Shown here: one piece after another, positions 9,670 to 20,199 of the stretch | Numbering within the stretch: the first letter of the stretch is position 1 | Layout of the letters: each line of letters opens with the position of its first letter | Source of the DNA: Candidatus Marinacidobacterales bacterium | GTDB lineage: Bacteria > Acidobacteriota > Vicinamibacteria > Marinacidobacterales > SMYC01 | NCBI GenBank assembly: GCA_965237955.1 | Contig: OZ250169.1 | Location: 5,952,001 to 6,016,000 of the forward strand | Direction of reading: 5' to 3' | DNA: 64,000 nt | Position numbers and translations under genes: made by a program | The notes under the pieces: model-generated | What the model was told of the DNA's origin: nothing | Database searches by the model: none | What the model saw: the letters and a program-made list of their open reading frames with translations, nothing else

Positions 9670-11363
9670 TTGGAGGGGACACTAGAGCGGGCCGGGCTGA
9701 CACAAGCCCTCCAAGGATTTCGCTCCGGTCGGCAAACCGGCGTGTTGCACCTGGACCAAGACGGTGCGACGAAGCGCGTTTACTTCAAGAAGGGCGACAT
9801 TGTCTTCGCCAGCTCTGACGTCGGGACCGAAAGGCTCGGGGAGATTCTGGTACGGAGTGGCAAGCTCACACGCTCCGAGCTCGAACTCGCGTGCAAGGTG
9901 CGGGAGAGTTCGCATCTCAGGCTCGGTAAGACGCTCGTCGACATGGGATACGTCAGCGACAGCGAGCTCGACGCCCTGGTCAAACGACAGGTCGAGTCGA
10001 TTCTTCTATCGTTGATCCTATGGGAAACGGGATCCTACCGTGCCGAGCTCCGAGATAACGCCCTCGACGAAAAAGACGAGGACCTGCTGCGCGCCGATAT
10101 CTCGACCGAGAACATTCTACTGGAGACAGTTCGTGGGCTCGATGACTCGGACGCGATTCGAAGCAGCATCGGGAACTTGACCGAACCCCTCCGCTTCGCG
10201 CGCGACCCCGAGTGGATCGGCAAGAACCTGAGGCTCACGCCCGAGGAAGGGTTCGTGTTGTCGCGCGTCGACGGAGAGTCGTCCGCGGATGAGATCGCGA
10301 GGCTATCACCGATGGGTGAAATCGAGACGCTTCGCTGCATTTGTGCGCTCGTCGTTGCCGGCGTGCTCGAAATCGAGTCGACCCGCGCGCCCGACGTGTC
10401 GTTCACACCGGTCGAGCCACTTCCGAAGGCGGCCGCACCACGACCGAATGCGGTAGAATTGCCTCCGATTGCGTCGCCTCCCAAGCCCGTGGAGGCACCG
10501 CCTCGAGATATGGCGGCTTCGCCCACGCCTGCGCCTACGCAAAACAACGAGCTGTCAGAAACGGCGCGACAGTTCCGAGAGGAAATGCTTCGCAAGCACC
10601 ATAACGCGCATCAGGTCACGTACTACGAGCTGCTCGACGTTGATGTCATGGCAACTCCGGACGAGATCAAAGCCGGGTATTTTCGTTTAGCCAAAAAACT
10701 CCATCCCGATCATCGAGCGGGCTTGAAGATTCACGATCCGGACGGCGCCTTCGATGACCTGTATCTCGCTGTCAAAGCTGCGTACGAGGTGCTCTCGAGT
10801 GAGACCGAACGCCGTCGATACGACTTCAGTCTCGAGAAGACGCGGCCGAAGCCTGCGACTCCTGCGGCCGAGCCGCCTCCCGCGGCGAACACCACCACCC
10901 GACCGAAACCAAAGGAAAAGGTCCGGCCGGCCCGCCTTCGCAACACTACGACGCCCGTCAGATGGCCCGCCTGCATTTCGCGAACGGCCAGCGCTTTTTC
11001 AACGAGGGGAGCTTTCACGAATCGATCGAAGAGCTCCAAGATGCGGTTCGTCTCGACGGGGGACAGGGCGAATACCACCGGCTGCTAGGCTACGCGCTCG
11101 CGAAGAACCCGAAGTGGCGACGTCGTGCCGAAACGCACTTTCTGAAAGTGCTCGAAATCGATCAGTTCGATATCGACACGATGATTGCGCTCGGCGAGAT
11201 CTACGAAGCCGGCGGCCTGGAGCAGCGCGCACGCAAAATCTATGAAGAGGCGCTCGGGTTGGATCCGGGCAACCGTCGAGCCCTCGAGAAGCTCGGTGGC
11301 GCCCCCCGCACCAACACCATCGACAAGCTCAAGGGAATGCTGCACCGAAGCAAAGGTCACTAA
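9670..11363 (+). CDS. DUF4388 + DnaJ (HPD) + TPR protein; frameshift near 10920-10960
   Basis: N-terminal QTGVLHL..VYFKKGDIVFASS/RLGEIL (DUF4388-like), J domain YYELLDV..LHPD..AYEVL. TPR repeats continue in ORF 10962-11363. Confidence 0.8.
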
Positions 11364-11395
11364 GAATGCTCGGCTCACTTCGCGAGTCTGGACAT

Positions 11396-11464
11396 CCCCC
11401 CCACTCCAGGCCCTCTCCTCCGTCGGGGGAGAGGGAGGGCCGGGGCGAGTCGCTTTGCGACTCG
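11396..11464. repeat. REP-like hairpins between convergent genes (possible terminator)
   Basis: ccctctcc-tccgtcg-ggggagaggg followed by gagtcgc-ttt-gcgactc. Confidence 0.5.
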
Positions 11465-11471
11465 GTCTTTC

Positions 11472-11909
11472 TTAGAAGGGGACGTCTTCGTCGGTCGCCT
11501 TGAAGGGCTCACGGGTGAAGTCTTCGTCCGGTCCGGGAGGCGGTCCCGCATCTCGTGCCCCACCACCATCATCACCGCCGCGCCCGCCGAGCATGACCAT
11601 CTGGTCGGCTCTGACTTCGGTGGTGTAGCGCTTGTGGCCGTCTTTGTCTTCCCACGAGCGTGTTTGAAGGCGCCCTTCGATGTACACCTGCTTTCCTTTC
11701 GCCAAGTACTCTTTCGCGATTTCGGCGAGCTTGTCCCACGCGACCACGCGGTGCCACTCGGTGCGTTCTTGGCGTTGGCCCTGGGAATCTTTCCAGGAAT
11801 CCGAGGTGGCGAGGTTGAGATTCGCCACCGCGGTGCCGTCGCGGGTGTATCGGATCTCCGGGTCTCGCCCCAGGTTCCCGATGAGTATGACTTTATTGAC
11901 CCCTCTCAT
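11472..11909 (-). CDS. ssb: Single-stranded DNA-binding protein
   Basis: [15 protein letters not shown].., TEWHRVV, C-terminal DEDVPF. Confidence 0.97.
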   Translation of the reverse strand: MRGVNKVILIGNLGRDPEIRYTRDGTAVANLNLATSDSWKDSQGQRQERTEWHRVVAWDKLAEIAKEYLAKGKQVYIEGRLQTRSWEDKDGHKRYTTEVRADQMVMLGGRGGDDGGGARDAGPPPGPDEDFTREPFKATDEDVPF

Positions 11910-11945
11910 GATTTCCTCCTGGATACCGTATCTTTAGTTCGATTT

Positions 11946-11976
11946 GCCATCAGCCGTCGGCCATCAGCCATCGGCT
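11946..11976. repeat. Short 7-bp tandem repeat (GCCATCA/GCCGTCG)
   Basis: gccatca gccgtcg gccatca gccatcg gct; a near-identical array lies at 47120-47150. Confidence 0.7.
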
Positions 11977-12033
11977 TCTTTTTAGTATTTATAGACGAGT
12001 TTTTGGTGTTCGGACCTCCCTACTTATTGGGTC

Positions 12034-12891
12034 TTATCGAGGAGGCGTCGTGCGCATGAGCCCTTCCAGACGCGAGCGGGCGATGCGCTGGTGCTGCGTT
12101 CGGGGAAACTGCTCGATAACCAGCTCGTACATCAACATCGCTTCCGAGCGCCGATCCATGTTCTCGAGCGACATCGCCTTCTTCAAGTAAGCGTCGGAGC
12201 GCTTGTTGCTGTCCGGATAGTCACGCACCACGGTGTCGAAGGAGTCGATCGCCCGCTCGTACCGGCGTTGGGCGAAGTAGCTTTCTCCGACCCAATAATG
12301 TGCGTTGTCCGCTAGGTCCCCACTAGGGTCGGTGGCGAGGACATCCTGGAATCCGGAGATCGCGAGGGCATACCGACCTTGGGTGTAGTCGATACGGGCT
12401 TGGTTGTAGATATCGGTGACGCTCGGACCAGCGGCGACCACGAGTGGAGGGGGAGCGTCCTCGGGGCTCCCGGCAGGTGTCTCGCCTTCGCCGTCTGCGG
12501 TCTCGACCGGCGGTAACAGGAGAGGTTGTTGGTTGTGTCTCATCGAGACGAGCTCTTGCTGCAGGTTTCCGAGGCGACCGTTGGTCTCGTCTACCCGGGC
12601 GGACAGCACGGAGAGGTCCTGCTCGAGTCGCTCGAGCGCGACGTTGCCGTCTGCGAGCGTTTTCCGGAGCGAGTCTTGCTGCGCGGCCGAGGCGACGGTG
12701 AGCTCGTCCAGCACCTTTTTCAAAGCAGCGTGCGAGCTTTGGATCTGCGACAGCTGCGCCTGAATCTGGCGGAGCTGCGCGAGGATGTTGTCCCGGTCTC
12801 GTTGCGCCGTCGCTTCCGGAGCGGAAAGGCTCACGATCGCGAGCGCGGCAACGATTGCAGGGATTGCCGGGATGAGGAGTTGACGCCTCAC
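12034..12891 (-). CDS. cpoB: Tol-Pal system protein CpoB/YbgF
   Basis: GTG start with AAGGAG RBS, signal peptide, coiled coil, TPR with ADNAHYWVGESY; follows pal. Confidence 0.88.
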   Translation of the reverse strand: MRRQLLIPAIPAIVAALAIVSLSAPEATAQRDRDNILAQLRQIQAQLSQIQSSHAALKKVLDELTVASAAQQDSLRKTLADGNVALERLEQDLSVLSARVDETNGRLGNLQQELVSMRHNQQPLLLPPVETADGEGETPAGSPEDAPPPLVVAAGPSVTDIYNQARIDYTQGRYALAISGFQDVLATDPSGDLADNAHYWVGESYFAQRRYERAIDSFDTVVRDYPDSNKRSDAYLKKAMSLENMDRRSEAMLMYELVIEQFPRTQHQRIARSRLEGLMRTTPPR

Positions 12892-12911
12892 ATCGGTCTC
12901 CTTTATTGCCT

Positions 12912-13505
12912 CTACTTTGCTGTGATCTCGAAGTGTCCGCGACGATTTCGGGTCCACGCGACCTCGTTGTGCCCCGGGTCGAGCGGGAACTCTTTTCCGT
13001 AGCTGATGGTCTTGAGGCGGCTCGCGTTGATGCCGAGGGTCACCAAGTAGTTGTAGACCGCGTTCGCGCGGCGCTCCCCGAGGGCAAGATTGTACTCGAC
13101 CGTTCCACGCTCGTCACAATGGCCCTCGATCAGAATCGTCATGCTCCCGTAGGTCTTCAGGGTGTCTGCGTGCTCGTCGAGCGTCGACCGCGCGTCGGCC
13201 GAAAGCGCAGCGCTGTCGTAGTAGAAACCTACGTCGGCGAGCGGCTGGCGCTCGTTGATGACGTCTAGCTCGAGATCGAGGATACCGAGCGGGTCATCCC
13301 TACCCATCACGATGAGATCGTCCCGCTCTTCGACGAGCACGTCACGCTCGGGCATCGTCTGCTGAGGGACGGTCGTCGTCGCTGGCGGGGCGGGACGGAA
13401 GGTCGTTGACGCCGGTGGGCGATCCACTTTGCCGCCACACGCCGCGACCAGCCACGAGACAACGAAGATTGCGAGCAGTTGGGATGGTATATGTTTTGTT
13501 CTCAA
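12912..13505 (-). CDS. pal: Peptidoglycan-associated lipoprotein Pal
   Basis: Lipobox VAAC, IEGHCDERGTVEYNLALGERRA, NRRG. Confidence 0.95.
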   Translation of the reverse strand: MRTKHIPSQLLAIFVVSWLVAACGGKVDRPPASTTFRPAPPATTTVPQQTMPERDVLVEERDDLIVMGRDDPLGILDLELDVINERQPLADVGFYYDSAALSADARSTLDEHADTLKTYGSMTILIEGHCDERGTVEYNLALGERRANAVYNYLVTLGINASRLKTISYGKEFPLDPGHNEVAWTRNRRGHFEITAK

Positions 13506-13535
13506 TCGCTTTTCTCCTTGCGACGGCCAGTGTGC

Positions 13536-14909
13536 TCAGAAGTCTCCCCCGGTAATGGGGCCCCACTGGGCTGTCTTGTTGTTGCCGTTTCTGGTGAGCC
13601 GTCGTTGGTTGCTGCCATCGCGGTTCATCGTGTAAATCTGATCGGATCCGCCGCGACTGGACGTGAAAACAAGATGCAGACCGTTCGGTGACCAGTCGGG
13701 ACCTTCGTTGCTGCCCCGGCCGGTCGTGAGCTGACGCGTCTGCTTGGTCTGGAAGTCGTACACCACGATGTCGAACGGGCCGCGCTCGATACGAGACGCG
13801 TACGCGATCTCGCTGTATTGGCGTGATGGAGACCAGCTTGGCGAGTCGTTATAGCTGCCCTGGTACGAGATGCGGCGTAGATTGAGACCCTCGGTGTCCA
13901 TCGCGTAGATCTGCGGTGCCCCGGTTCGATCGGAAGTGAACGCGATCTCACGCCCCGTGGGCGACCAGCACGGCGACGTGTCGATGTCGGGGTGATGGGT
14001 GAGACGCTTCAGGCCAGTGCCATCGGCGTCGATGAGATAGAGCTCCGAGTTGCCATCTCGCGTCGACGTAAACGCGATCCGTCGTCCATCAGGAGACCAC
14101 GACGGATTGATGGCCATCCCGGCGCCGGTGTTGAAGATCTCGCCGCGTCCTTCGTAGATATGTGCCAGGTGGAGCGACGGTGTTCCGGTGCGGTACGAGA
14201 TGTACGCGAGTGTGCGCCCGTCGGGCGACCACGTGGGCGTCAAGTTCAGCGAGCGGTTCGCGGTGAGCGGCTTCTGGCTGAAGCCGTCGTAGTCCATGAT
14301 GTAGATCTCTTTGCTTCGCTCGCCGCGCCGATCGCTCGAGAACGCCAGCTTGGTTTGGCTGATGCCTTTGTAGTTGCCCGCCTGGATGAGGATATCGTCG
14401 GCGATGCGGTGCGCCATGCGCCGAGCCGCAGTGACCGGGCCTTCGTAGCGCTTACCGAATACCATCTCGTGAGCGAGGATGGCGTAGATTCTCACCTCGG
14501 TGATGAGCGTGTCCCGTTGGATCTCGGTGACACCTTTGATGAGGATGTCGGCGCCCACAGACTCCCATTGGTAGAAGTCGATCTTGCGCGGATCGGCCGA
14601 TGTCTGTGCGATGCTGTAGTTGCGTTTGGGAACGAGGCGGTAGATCGATGCGAACTCCATGTCGTTCCACACTACGCTCGAGATCGTTTGCGATGCGTCG
14701 GTCGCATCAGCTGTGCCGATTTCGAAGTCGGGGATCGCCATCCGCACCGCTCGTCCGGGATCGGTGATGTTGAAGTACCAATCGCCGCCGCTCGGCTGCG
14801 CGAGCGTCTGCTCTTGAATCGCATCGGCTGAACGCGTAATGCCTTTGAACGTGGTGAGTGCCGCGAAGACGACGCCCATGACGATCGAAGCTCTCAGTAG
14901 ATGTTTCAT
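13536..14909 (-). CDS. tolB: Tol-Pal beta-propeller protein TolB
   Basis: AHRIADDI, repeated PxWSPDG (PD40) motifs, operon position. Confidence 0.95.
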   Translation of the reverse strand: MKHLLRASIVMGVVFAALTTFKGITRSADAIQEQTLAQPSGGDWYFNITDPGRAVRMAIPDFEIGTADATDASQTISSVVWNDMEFASIYRLVPKRNYSIAQTSADPRKIDFYQWESVGADILIKGVTEIQRDTLITEVRIYAILAHEMVFGKRYEGPVTAARRMAHRIADDILIQAGNYKGISQTKLAFSSDRRGERSKEIYIMDYDGFSQKPLTANRSLNLTPTWSPDGRTLAYISYRTGTPSLHLAHIYEGRGEIFNTGAGMAINPSWSPDGRRIAFTSTRDGNSELYLIDADGTGLKRLTHHPDIDTSPCWSPTGREIAFTSDRTGAPQIYAMDTEGLNLRRISYQGSYNDSPSWSPSRQYSEIAYASRIERGPFDIVVYDFQTKQTRQLTTGRGSNEGPDWSPNGLHLVFTSSRGGSDQIYTMNRDGSNQRRLTRNGNNKTAQWGPITGGDF

Positions 14910-14934
14910 GGCGCTCGGCTTCCCTCAGTAGGCC

Positions 14935-15672
14935 TCAGTAGTTGTCCGAATAGGTGAAACGCAAATGCACATCGACGCGATCGCGAGGATAGGAGTTGGG
15001 GAGCGGCGGCATGGGCTCCGCGAGTATCACCGCGCGCCTCGCGTTCCGATCGAGGATCGAGAGCGGTGACGACTGCTCGATTTCCACGTTCGCCACGCTA
15101 CCGTTTTTCAAGATGGTGAAGCGCACGATCACCACGGCGGTGCCTCGAACCGGCGTCCGTTGCCAGTTCTGGTGAATACGCCCCAGCATCTGTTGGACGT
15201 AATAAGCGTACTCGAAGTCCTGATCGAATGCCGAGCCACCGCCCACACCCCCGAGTCCGGGCGCACCCGGATTACCTTTCAACGGAGCCGATTCGGCGAT
15301 TGCAGCATCCGCGCCGCGAAGGCCGGAATCCTGCTTCGGTTTCTCCCACCGCGGCTTCTTTTTCACCGACGCGTCGGGCGCCGGGAGCTCCTCACGCTGC
15401 TCGACCGTTGGCCGCACGACCTTCGGCTCGTTTTTGGGGGGCTCCGGCTCCGGCTCCGGCTCCGGGGGCGTTGGGCTTCCGCCGCCGGCGCCCTGAATGG
15501 GTCCCGACTCTCCGAGGTTGATGAACATGCCCACGTTCGGTGCGGGCAACGCGGGGCCCGATGCCCCGAGGTAGCTAGCGAGCGCGAGCGACGTGAACAA
15601 AAGACCGTGAAAGGCACCGGACCACGCGAGCATCTTCTGGAAAGGGTCCTGGTCGCTTCGCGCAATACTCAT
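14935..15672 (-). CDS. TolA/TonB-family energy transducer
   Basis: N-terminal TM with SxxxH, Pro/Glu-rich linker, TonB-C domain; lies between tolR and tolB. Confidence 0.85.
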   Translation of the reverse strand: MSIARSDQDPFQKMLAWSGAFHGLLFTSLALASYLGASGPALPAPNVGMFINLGESGPIQGAGGGSPTPPEPEPEPEPPKNEPKVVRPTVEQREELPAPDASVKKKPRWEKPKQDSGLRGADAAIAESAPLKGNPGAPGLGGVGGGSAFDQDFEYAYYVQQMLGRIHQNWQRTPVRGTAVVIVRFTILKNGSVANVEIEQSSPLSILDRNARRAVILAEPMPPLPNSYPRDRVDVHLRFTYSDNY

Positions 15673-15675
15673 GGG

Positions 15676-16164
15676 TCAGTTGAGCTTCTCTTCGGGATAC
15701 ACGTAGGCGAGGCCCACGGTATCCACTCCGGCTCGTTTCAGCAGGTCCATGATCTTGATGATTTCCTTGTATTGTAGCGTTTCGTCCGCACGCAGGTAGG
15801 CTACCCGAAGATTTTCGACTTCGACGCGCTGCTTGATCTCGTCTTCGAGGAGCTCGATGTTGACCGCTCGGTTGTTGACGAAGGTGCGACCCTGAGCATC
15901 AACGGTCACGATGGTGCGCTCCGACGGGCTGTCTCGCTGGAGCGTCGCCGAAGGCAAGCTCACATCCATCGAGCGCATCAACATCGGTGCTGTGATCATG
16001 AAAATAATGAGGAGCACGAGGACGACGTCAACGAACGGTGTGACGTTGATCTCGGACATCGTGTGGGTCGTGCTCATACGCTTTCGCGCCATGAGCATCG
16101 CCGTCACCGAACCGCCGAGCGGCGATCCGTGACTCGATCCGTTGTCGCCGTTTCCGACCTGCAC
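15676..16164 (-). CDS. tolR: TolR/ExbD biopolymer transport protein
   Basis: EINVTPFVDVVLVLLIIFMITAP, LRAD. Confidence 0.9.
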   Translation of the reverse strand: MQVGNGDNGSSHGSPLGGSVTAMLMARKRMSTTHTMSEINVTPFVDVVLVLLIIFMITAPMLMRSMDVSLPSATLQRDSPSERTIVTVDAQGRTFVNNRAVNIELLEDEIKQRVEVENLRVAYLRADETLQYKEIIKIMDLLKRAGVDTVGLAYVYPEEKLN

Positions 16165-16175
16165 GCCCGCCCCGT

Positions 16176-16880
16176 TTAAGTGAAGTTACGCTCGATGATA
16201 GAAATGTACTCTAGCGCGAAATCATCCATCTGCGTCGACAAACGCTTCACCCAGTTGACGTAAAAGTTGTAGAAGATGACGGCCGGGATCGCAGCGGCCA
16301 GTCCCGCTGCCGTGGCGATCAGAGCTTCGCTGAGTCCGGGCGCAACGACGGCGATGTTCGCCGACTGGATCGCACCAATGCGCTGGAACGCGTTCATGAT
16401 GCCCCATACGGTTCCGAAGAGCCCGATGAACGGCGTTGCGCTTCCGGTCGTTGCCAGAAAGGGAAGTCGCCGCTCGAGCTTCAGCACTTCCGTGTTGGAT
16501 GCCCGCACGAGCGAGCGAGCCACGCTTTCGAGGTTGTGGACGCGCGCGTCACCTTCGCCTTCTTTGGACTTGAGCTGGTAGTTGAGCTCGTTGTATCCGG
16601 AGAGGAACAAGCCCACGAGAGGACTCGTTCGCAGCTGATGGCACACCGCGTGGACTTCCGAGAACTTCTTGCTACGCCGGAAGATTTCGAGAAACGCGTC
16701 CGAATGCGATTCAGCCTTCCGTAGTGTCGTCCACTTGCTGAAGATGATGGCCCACGACACCAGTGAAAATACCAGCAGGATGAACAGCACCGTCAGGGAA
16801 ACGGGACCCGCTTCCAGAACCAGCTGGAAGGGATTCAGCGCCGGAGTCGTCTCGATGGCAGACGGGTTGATCTCGTGCAA
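16176..16880 (-). CDS. tolQ: TolQ (MotA/TolQ/ExbB proton channel)
   Basis: LATTGSATPFIGLFGTVWGIM..APGLSEALIATAAGL. Confidence 0.93.
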   Translation of the reverse strand: MHEINPSAIETTPALNPFQLVLEAGPVSLTVLFILLVFSLVSWAIIFSKWTTLRKAESHSDAFLEIFRRSKKFSEVHAVCHQLRTSPLVGLFLSGYNELNYQLKSKEGEGDARVHNLESVARSLVRASNTEVLKLERRLPFLATTGSATPFIGLFGTVWGIMNAFQRIGAIQSANIAVVAPGLSEALIATAAGLAAAIPAVIFYNFYVNWVKRLSTQMDDFALEYISIIERNFT

Positions 16881-16990
16881 GAGCTAGGGTTCCACCTCGG
16901 CGCAGTCAGACTTCGCCTCGAAACACAAGATACTGTGAGTCGCAGGGCACCCTACCACAAGGACTTGGGGTGTGTCAATGTTTCGGGTAT

Positions 16991-17080
16991 CAGCTTCCAG
17001 CTGCCAATATCCAGTCTCCAGCTGCTTTCAGCTCTACCTGACAAACAGCTGGAAGCTGGCAGCTGGAGACTGGAAGCTGC
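16991..17080. repeat. Two inverted arrays of 7-bp repeats (CAGCTKC-type) between tolQ and recN
   Basis: cagcttc cagctgc caatatc cagtctc cagctgc (16991-17025), then the inverted gctggaa gctggca gctggag actggaa gctg (about 17046-17080). Confidence 0.75.
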
Positions 17081-17112
17081 ATCATCTGAGCGCCTGATAT
17101 ACCATCCCCACC

Positions 17113-18792
17113 ATGCTGCGGTGGATCCGTGTCGAGAATATTGCAGTGATCGAGCGCCTCGAAGTGGATTTCGAACCGGGGTTGAACCTTCTCACCGGGG
17201 AGACCGGGGCAGGGAAATCCATTCTTGTCGATGCGCTCGGCCTCGTTCTCGGCAACCGGGCGTCGACCGAGCTCGTTCGAACCGGTGCGGAGACCGCGAT
17301 CGTGGAAGCGGGCTTCGAGATCGATCCGTTACCGGATGCATTGCGCGCGCGCCTCGACGCTGCCGGCATCGACCCGGACCATGAAGTCGTCATTCGCCGC
17401 GAAATCACCAAAGCGGGCCGCGGCAAAGTGGTCGTCAACGGAGCAGCGAGCTCACGAGCGCTTCTTGGTGATATCGCCACTTTTCTGGTAGACATTCACG
17501 GGCAAGGAGAAAACCTGACCCTTCTTCGTCCCGACGCCGGGCTCGAGCTCCTCGACCGATTCGGAGGCTCGAGTGCACTCCGCGAGCAAGTTCTGACTGC
17601 GTTCGCCGCGATTCAGGACATCGAGGACGCGCGGGCGCGGCTCGCACGCGCGGCCGAGGATCGCGAGACCAAGCGTGAGCTACGCGAGTTCGAGCTGCGC
17701 GAGCTCGATAACGCCGCGCTCGAAAGCGGTGAGGACGATGAGCTCGGAAACGAGCGCAACCTTTTGGCGCACGCTGAAAGGCTCAAAACGCTGTCGGAGC
17801 AAGCCTACGGAGCGCTCTATGACGAGGATGGCTCGGTCCTCTCACGTCTCAAGAGCGTCTTCTCCGATGTCGAGGAGCTCGGATCGATCGACGATCGCTG
17901 GAAGAGCTATGTCGCCGAGCGCGACGCGTTGACGGGGCAGCTGGAAGATCTCGCTCTCGACCTTCGTGACTACACGGGCGGGCTCGAGGTCTCGCCGGGG
18001 AAGCTCGACGACATCGAGTCGCGACTCGCTCTCCTCGAGCGGCTCAAGAAAAAATACGGCGGTACCCTCGAGGCGGTAATCGAAAGGCGAGAAGCCTGCC
18101 GTCGCGAGTTGGAGGATCTATCGAGCTCGACCGAGAAGCTCGAAGCGCTACATTCCAAGCTCGAGTCGAGTCGCAACAAATACAAAGCCCTCGCGACTGA
18201 GCTTTCAAAAATGCGCTCGAACGCGGCTAAACGGCTCGAGCGCGCGGTGACGAAAGAACTACCGAGCCTGGCACTCGAAAAGGCGCGGTTTTCAATCGCC
18301 ATGGGGACGGGCGATTGGCGCGAGACAGGCACCGACACCGTGGAGCTTCTGTTCTCGGCCAATCCGGGAGAGGATCCTCGCCCCCTCGTGCGCGTCGCTT
18401 CCGGCGGAGAGCTTTCACGGTTCATGCTGGCGCTGAAGTCCGTTTCGGCCAAGAGCGAAGATGCCAAGGTGCTGGTCTTCGACGAGGTCGATGCAGGCAT
18501 TGGCGGGCGCGTCGCGGATGCCGTGGGGGAGAAGCTCGAAGAGCTGGCAGCGCTTCATCAGATCATCTGCGTGACCCACTTGCCTCAGATCGCGAGCTTC
18601 GCGCCCGCGCACTACCGAATTGATAAGATAGAGCGCAAGGGCAGAATCGAGACGCGGATCGAGCGGCTCGACAACGAGGCGCGCGTCGACGAGATTGCAC
18701 GCATGTTGGCCGGGGCCGTGGTCACCGAAAGCGCCCGCAAGCACGCGCGCCAGCTCGTTACTGACAAAGTCAAGGTCAAGAGCGCCAGATGA
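17113..18792 (+). CDS. recN: DNA repair protein RecN
   Basis: LTGETGAGKSI, ASGGELSR, FDEVDAGIGG, VTHLPQIA. Confidence 0.97.
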   Translation: MLRWIRVENIAVIERLEVDFEPGLNLLTGETGAGKSILVDALGLVLGNRASTELVRTGAETAIVEAGFEIDPLPDALRARLDAAGIDPDHEVVIRREITKAGRGKVVVNGAASSRALLGDIATFLVDIHGQGENLTLLRPDAGLELLDRFGGSSALREQVLTAFAAIQDIEDARARLARAAEDRETKRELREFELRELDNAALESGEDDELGNERNLLAHAERLKTLSEQAYGALYDEDGSVLSRLKSVFSDVEELGSIDDRWKSYVAERDALTGQLEDLALDLRDYTGGLEVSPGKLDDIESRLALLERLKKKYGGTLEAVIERREACRRELEDLSSSTEKLEALHSKLESSRNKYKALATELSKMRSNAAKRLERAVTKELPSLALEKARFSIAMGTGDWRETGTDTVELLFSANPGEDPRPLVRVASGGELSRFMLALKSVSAKSEDAKVLVFDEVDAGIGGRVADAVGEKLEELAALHQIICVTHLPQIASFAPAHYRIDKIERKGRIETRIERLDNEARVDEIARMLAGAVVTESARKHARQLVTDKVKVKSAR

Positions 18793-20114
18793 CAGTGATG
18801 CAAGACAAGAGCTATTTCATCGAGACGTGGGGCTGCCAAATGAACGCCCACGACAGCGAAAAGCTTGCCGGAAGCCTCAGACGCATGGGGCTATCGCTGA
18901 GCGCCTCGGAGAACGACGCCGATGTCGTCATCTTGAACACGTGCAGTGTTCGCGAGAAAGCTCAAGAGAAAGTCTTCGCGCGTCTGAGGAACTTGACCGC
19001 GCAGAAAAAGCATCGCTCTCTCGTCGTGGGCGTTACCGGTTGCGTTGCCCAGCAGGAAGGGGAAGCGATTTTCGAGCGCTCGCCCGACGTTGACTTCGTC
19101 CTCGGAACACAGAGCCTGGTGCAACTACCCGAGGTGATCGCGACGGTGGTGGGCAAGCACGAGCGAGTGGTCGAGCTCGGACGACACCCGGAAAACCTCG
19201 ATATCCCGCCGGAGCAAATCGAGCGCGTCGCGGGTGTCAAGGCGTACGTCACCATCATGGAAGGCTGTGACAATTTCTGCACATTTTGCATTGTTCCGTT
19301 CACTCGCGGGCGCGAACGTTGCCGAGCGATCGGGCACATCGTTCGTGAGGTGCGAGCGCTCGCGGACGCGGGTTTCCTCGAAGTCCAGCTGCTGGGACAG
19401 AATGTCAACTCCTACAAGGACCCGACGACCGGCGCGAGCTTCGAAGAGCTCCTCGATGTGGTCAACGAGGTCGACGGAATTCGACGTCTGAGGTTCACGA
19501 GCCCACATCCGAAGGACTTCGGTCGTCCCTTGATGGAACGCTTCCGTGACCTCGATAAGCTCTGCCCTCACATGCACTTGCCGGCGCAGTCCGGGTCGAC
19601 GTCGGTTCTCGAGCGCATGAACCGAGGTTACACGAGGGAAGAGCTTCTCGCGAAGGTGGAGCTCGCGCGTGAGATTGTTCCCGACCTCGCGCTGTCGACC
19701 GATCTCATCGTGGGGTTCCCGGGCGAAAACGATACCGACTTCGACGACACGTTAGAACTCATCAAAGAAGTCGCGTTCGACAGCATCTATTCGTTCAAAT
19801 ACTCCGAACGACCTTATACCTATGCCGGTCGCGAGCAACCCGACGACGTTCCCGAGCCCGTGAAGGCCGATCGACTCGCACGCTTACAGGCATCTCAGAA
19901 GCAGATCCAAGCCCGGAAGAACGCCGCGTTCGTTGGCCGCACGGTCGAAGTGCTCGTGGAAGGGCGCAGCAAGAAAGTTGCCGAAGAGCTCAGCGGACGC
20001 ACACCTGAAAACCGCGTGGTGAACTTCGTCGGGCATAGCGAACCGGGGAGACTCATCCCGGTACGCATCACGCGCTTTGGTCCCAACAGCCTGTTTGGAC
20101 AGTACGACCACTAA
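18789..20114 (+). CDS. miaB: tRNA 2-methylthio-i6A37 methylthiotransferase MiaB
   Basis: TWGCQMN, NTCSVREKA, radical SAM CDNFCTFC, RFTSPHP, TRAM domain. Confidence 0.96.
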   Translation: MTVMQDKSYFIETWGCQMNAHDSEKLAGSLRRMGLSLSASENDADVVILNTCSVREKAQEKVFARLRNLTAQKKHRSLVVGVTGCVAQQEGEAIFERSPDVDFVLGTQSLVQLPEVIATVVGKHERVVELGRHPENLDIPPEQIERVAGVKAYVTIMEGCDNFCTFCIVPFTRGRERCRAIGHIVREVRALADAGFLEVQLLGQNVNSYKDPTTGASFEELLDVVNEVDGIRRLRFTSPHPKDFGRPLMERFRDLDKLCPHMHLPAQSGSTSVLERMNRGYTREELLAKVELAREIVPDLALSTDLIVGFPGENDTDFDDTLELIKEVAFDSIYSFKYSERPYTYAGREQPDDVPEPVKADRLARLQASQKQIQARKNAAFVGRTVEVLVEGRSKKVAEELSGRTPENRVVNFVGHSEPGRLIPVRITRFGPNSLFGQYDH

Positions 20115-20120
20115 ATACTG

Positions 20121-20149
20121 TTGACATGGTCGCAACCAACCCCTATATT
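20121..20149 (+). promoter_or_regulatory. sigma70-type promoter for DUF151-parA-parB
   Basis: TTGACA (20121-26), 17-bp spacer, TATATT (20144-49). Confidence 0.7.
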
Positions 20150-20199
20150 TAGTGGAAACCAACCAGTGGGGTCACCGGAAGGGTTTTAGGGTTTTATCA

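Noticed and set aside
10920-10965. Programmed frameshift in the DnaJ-TPR gene (also iorB-like, carbonic anhydrase and DUF442 genes)
   Set aside because: No slippery heptamer with a stimulatory structure at these sites; decay or sequencing error is more likely.
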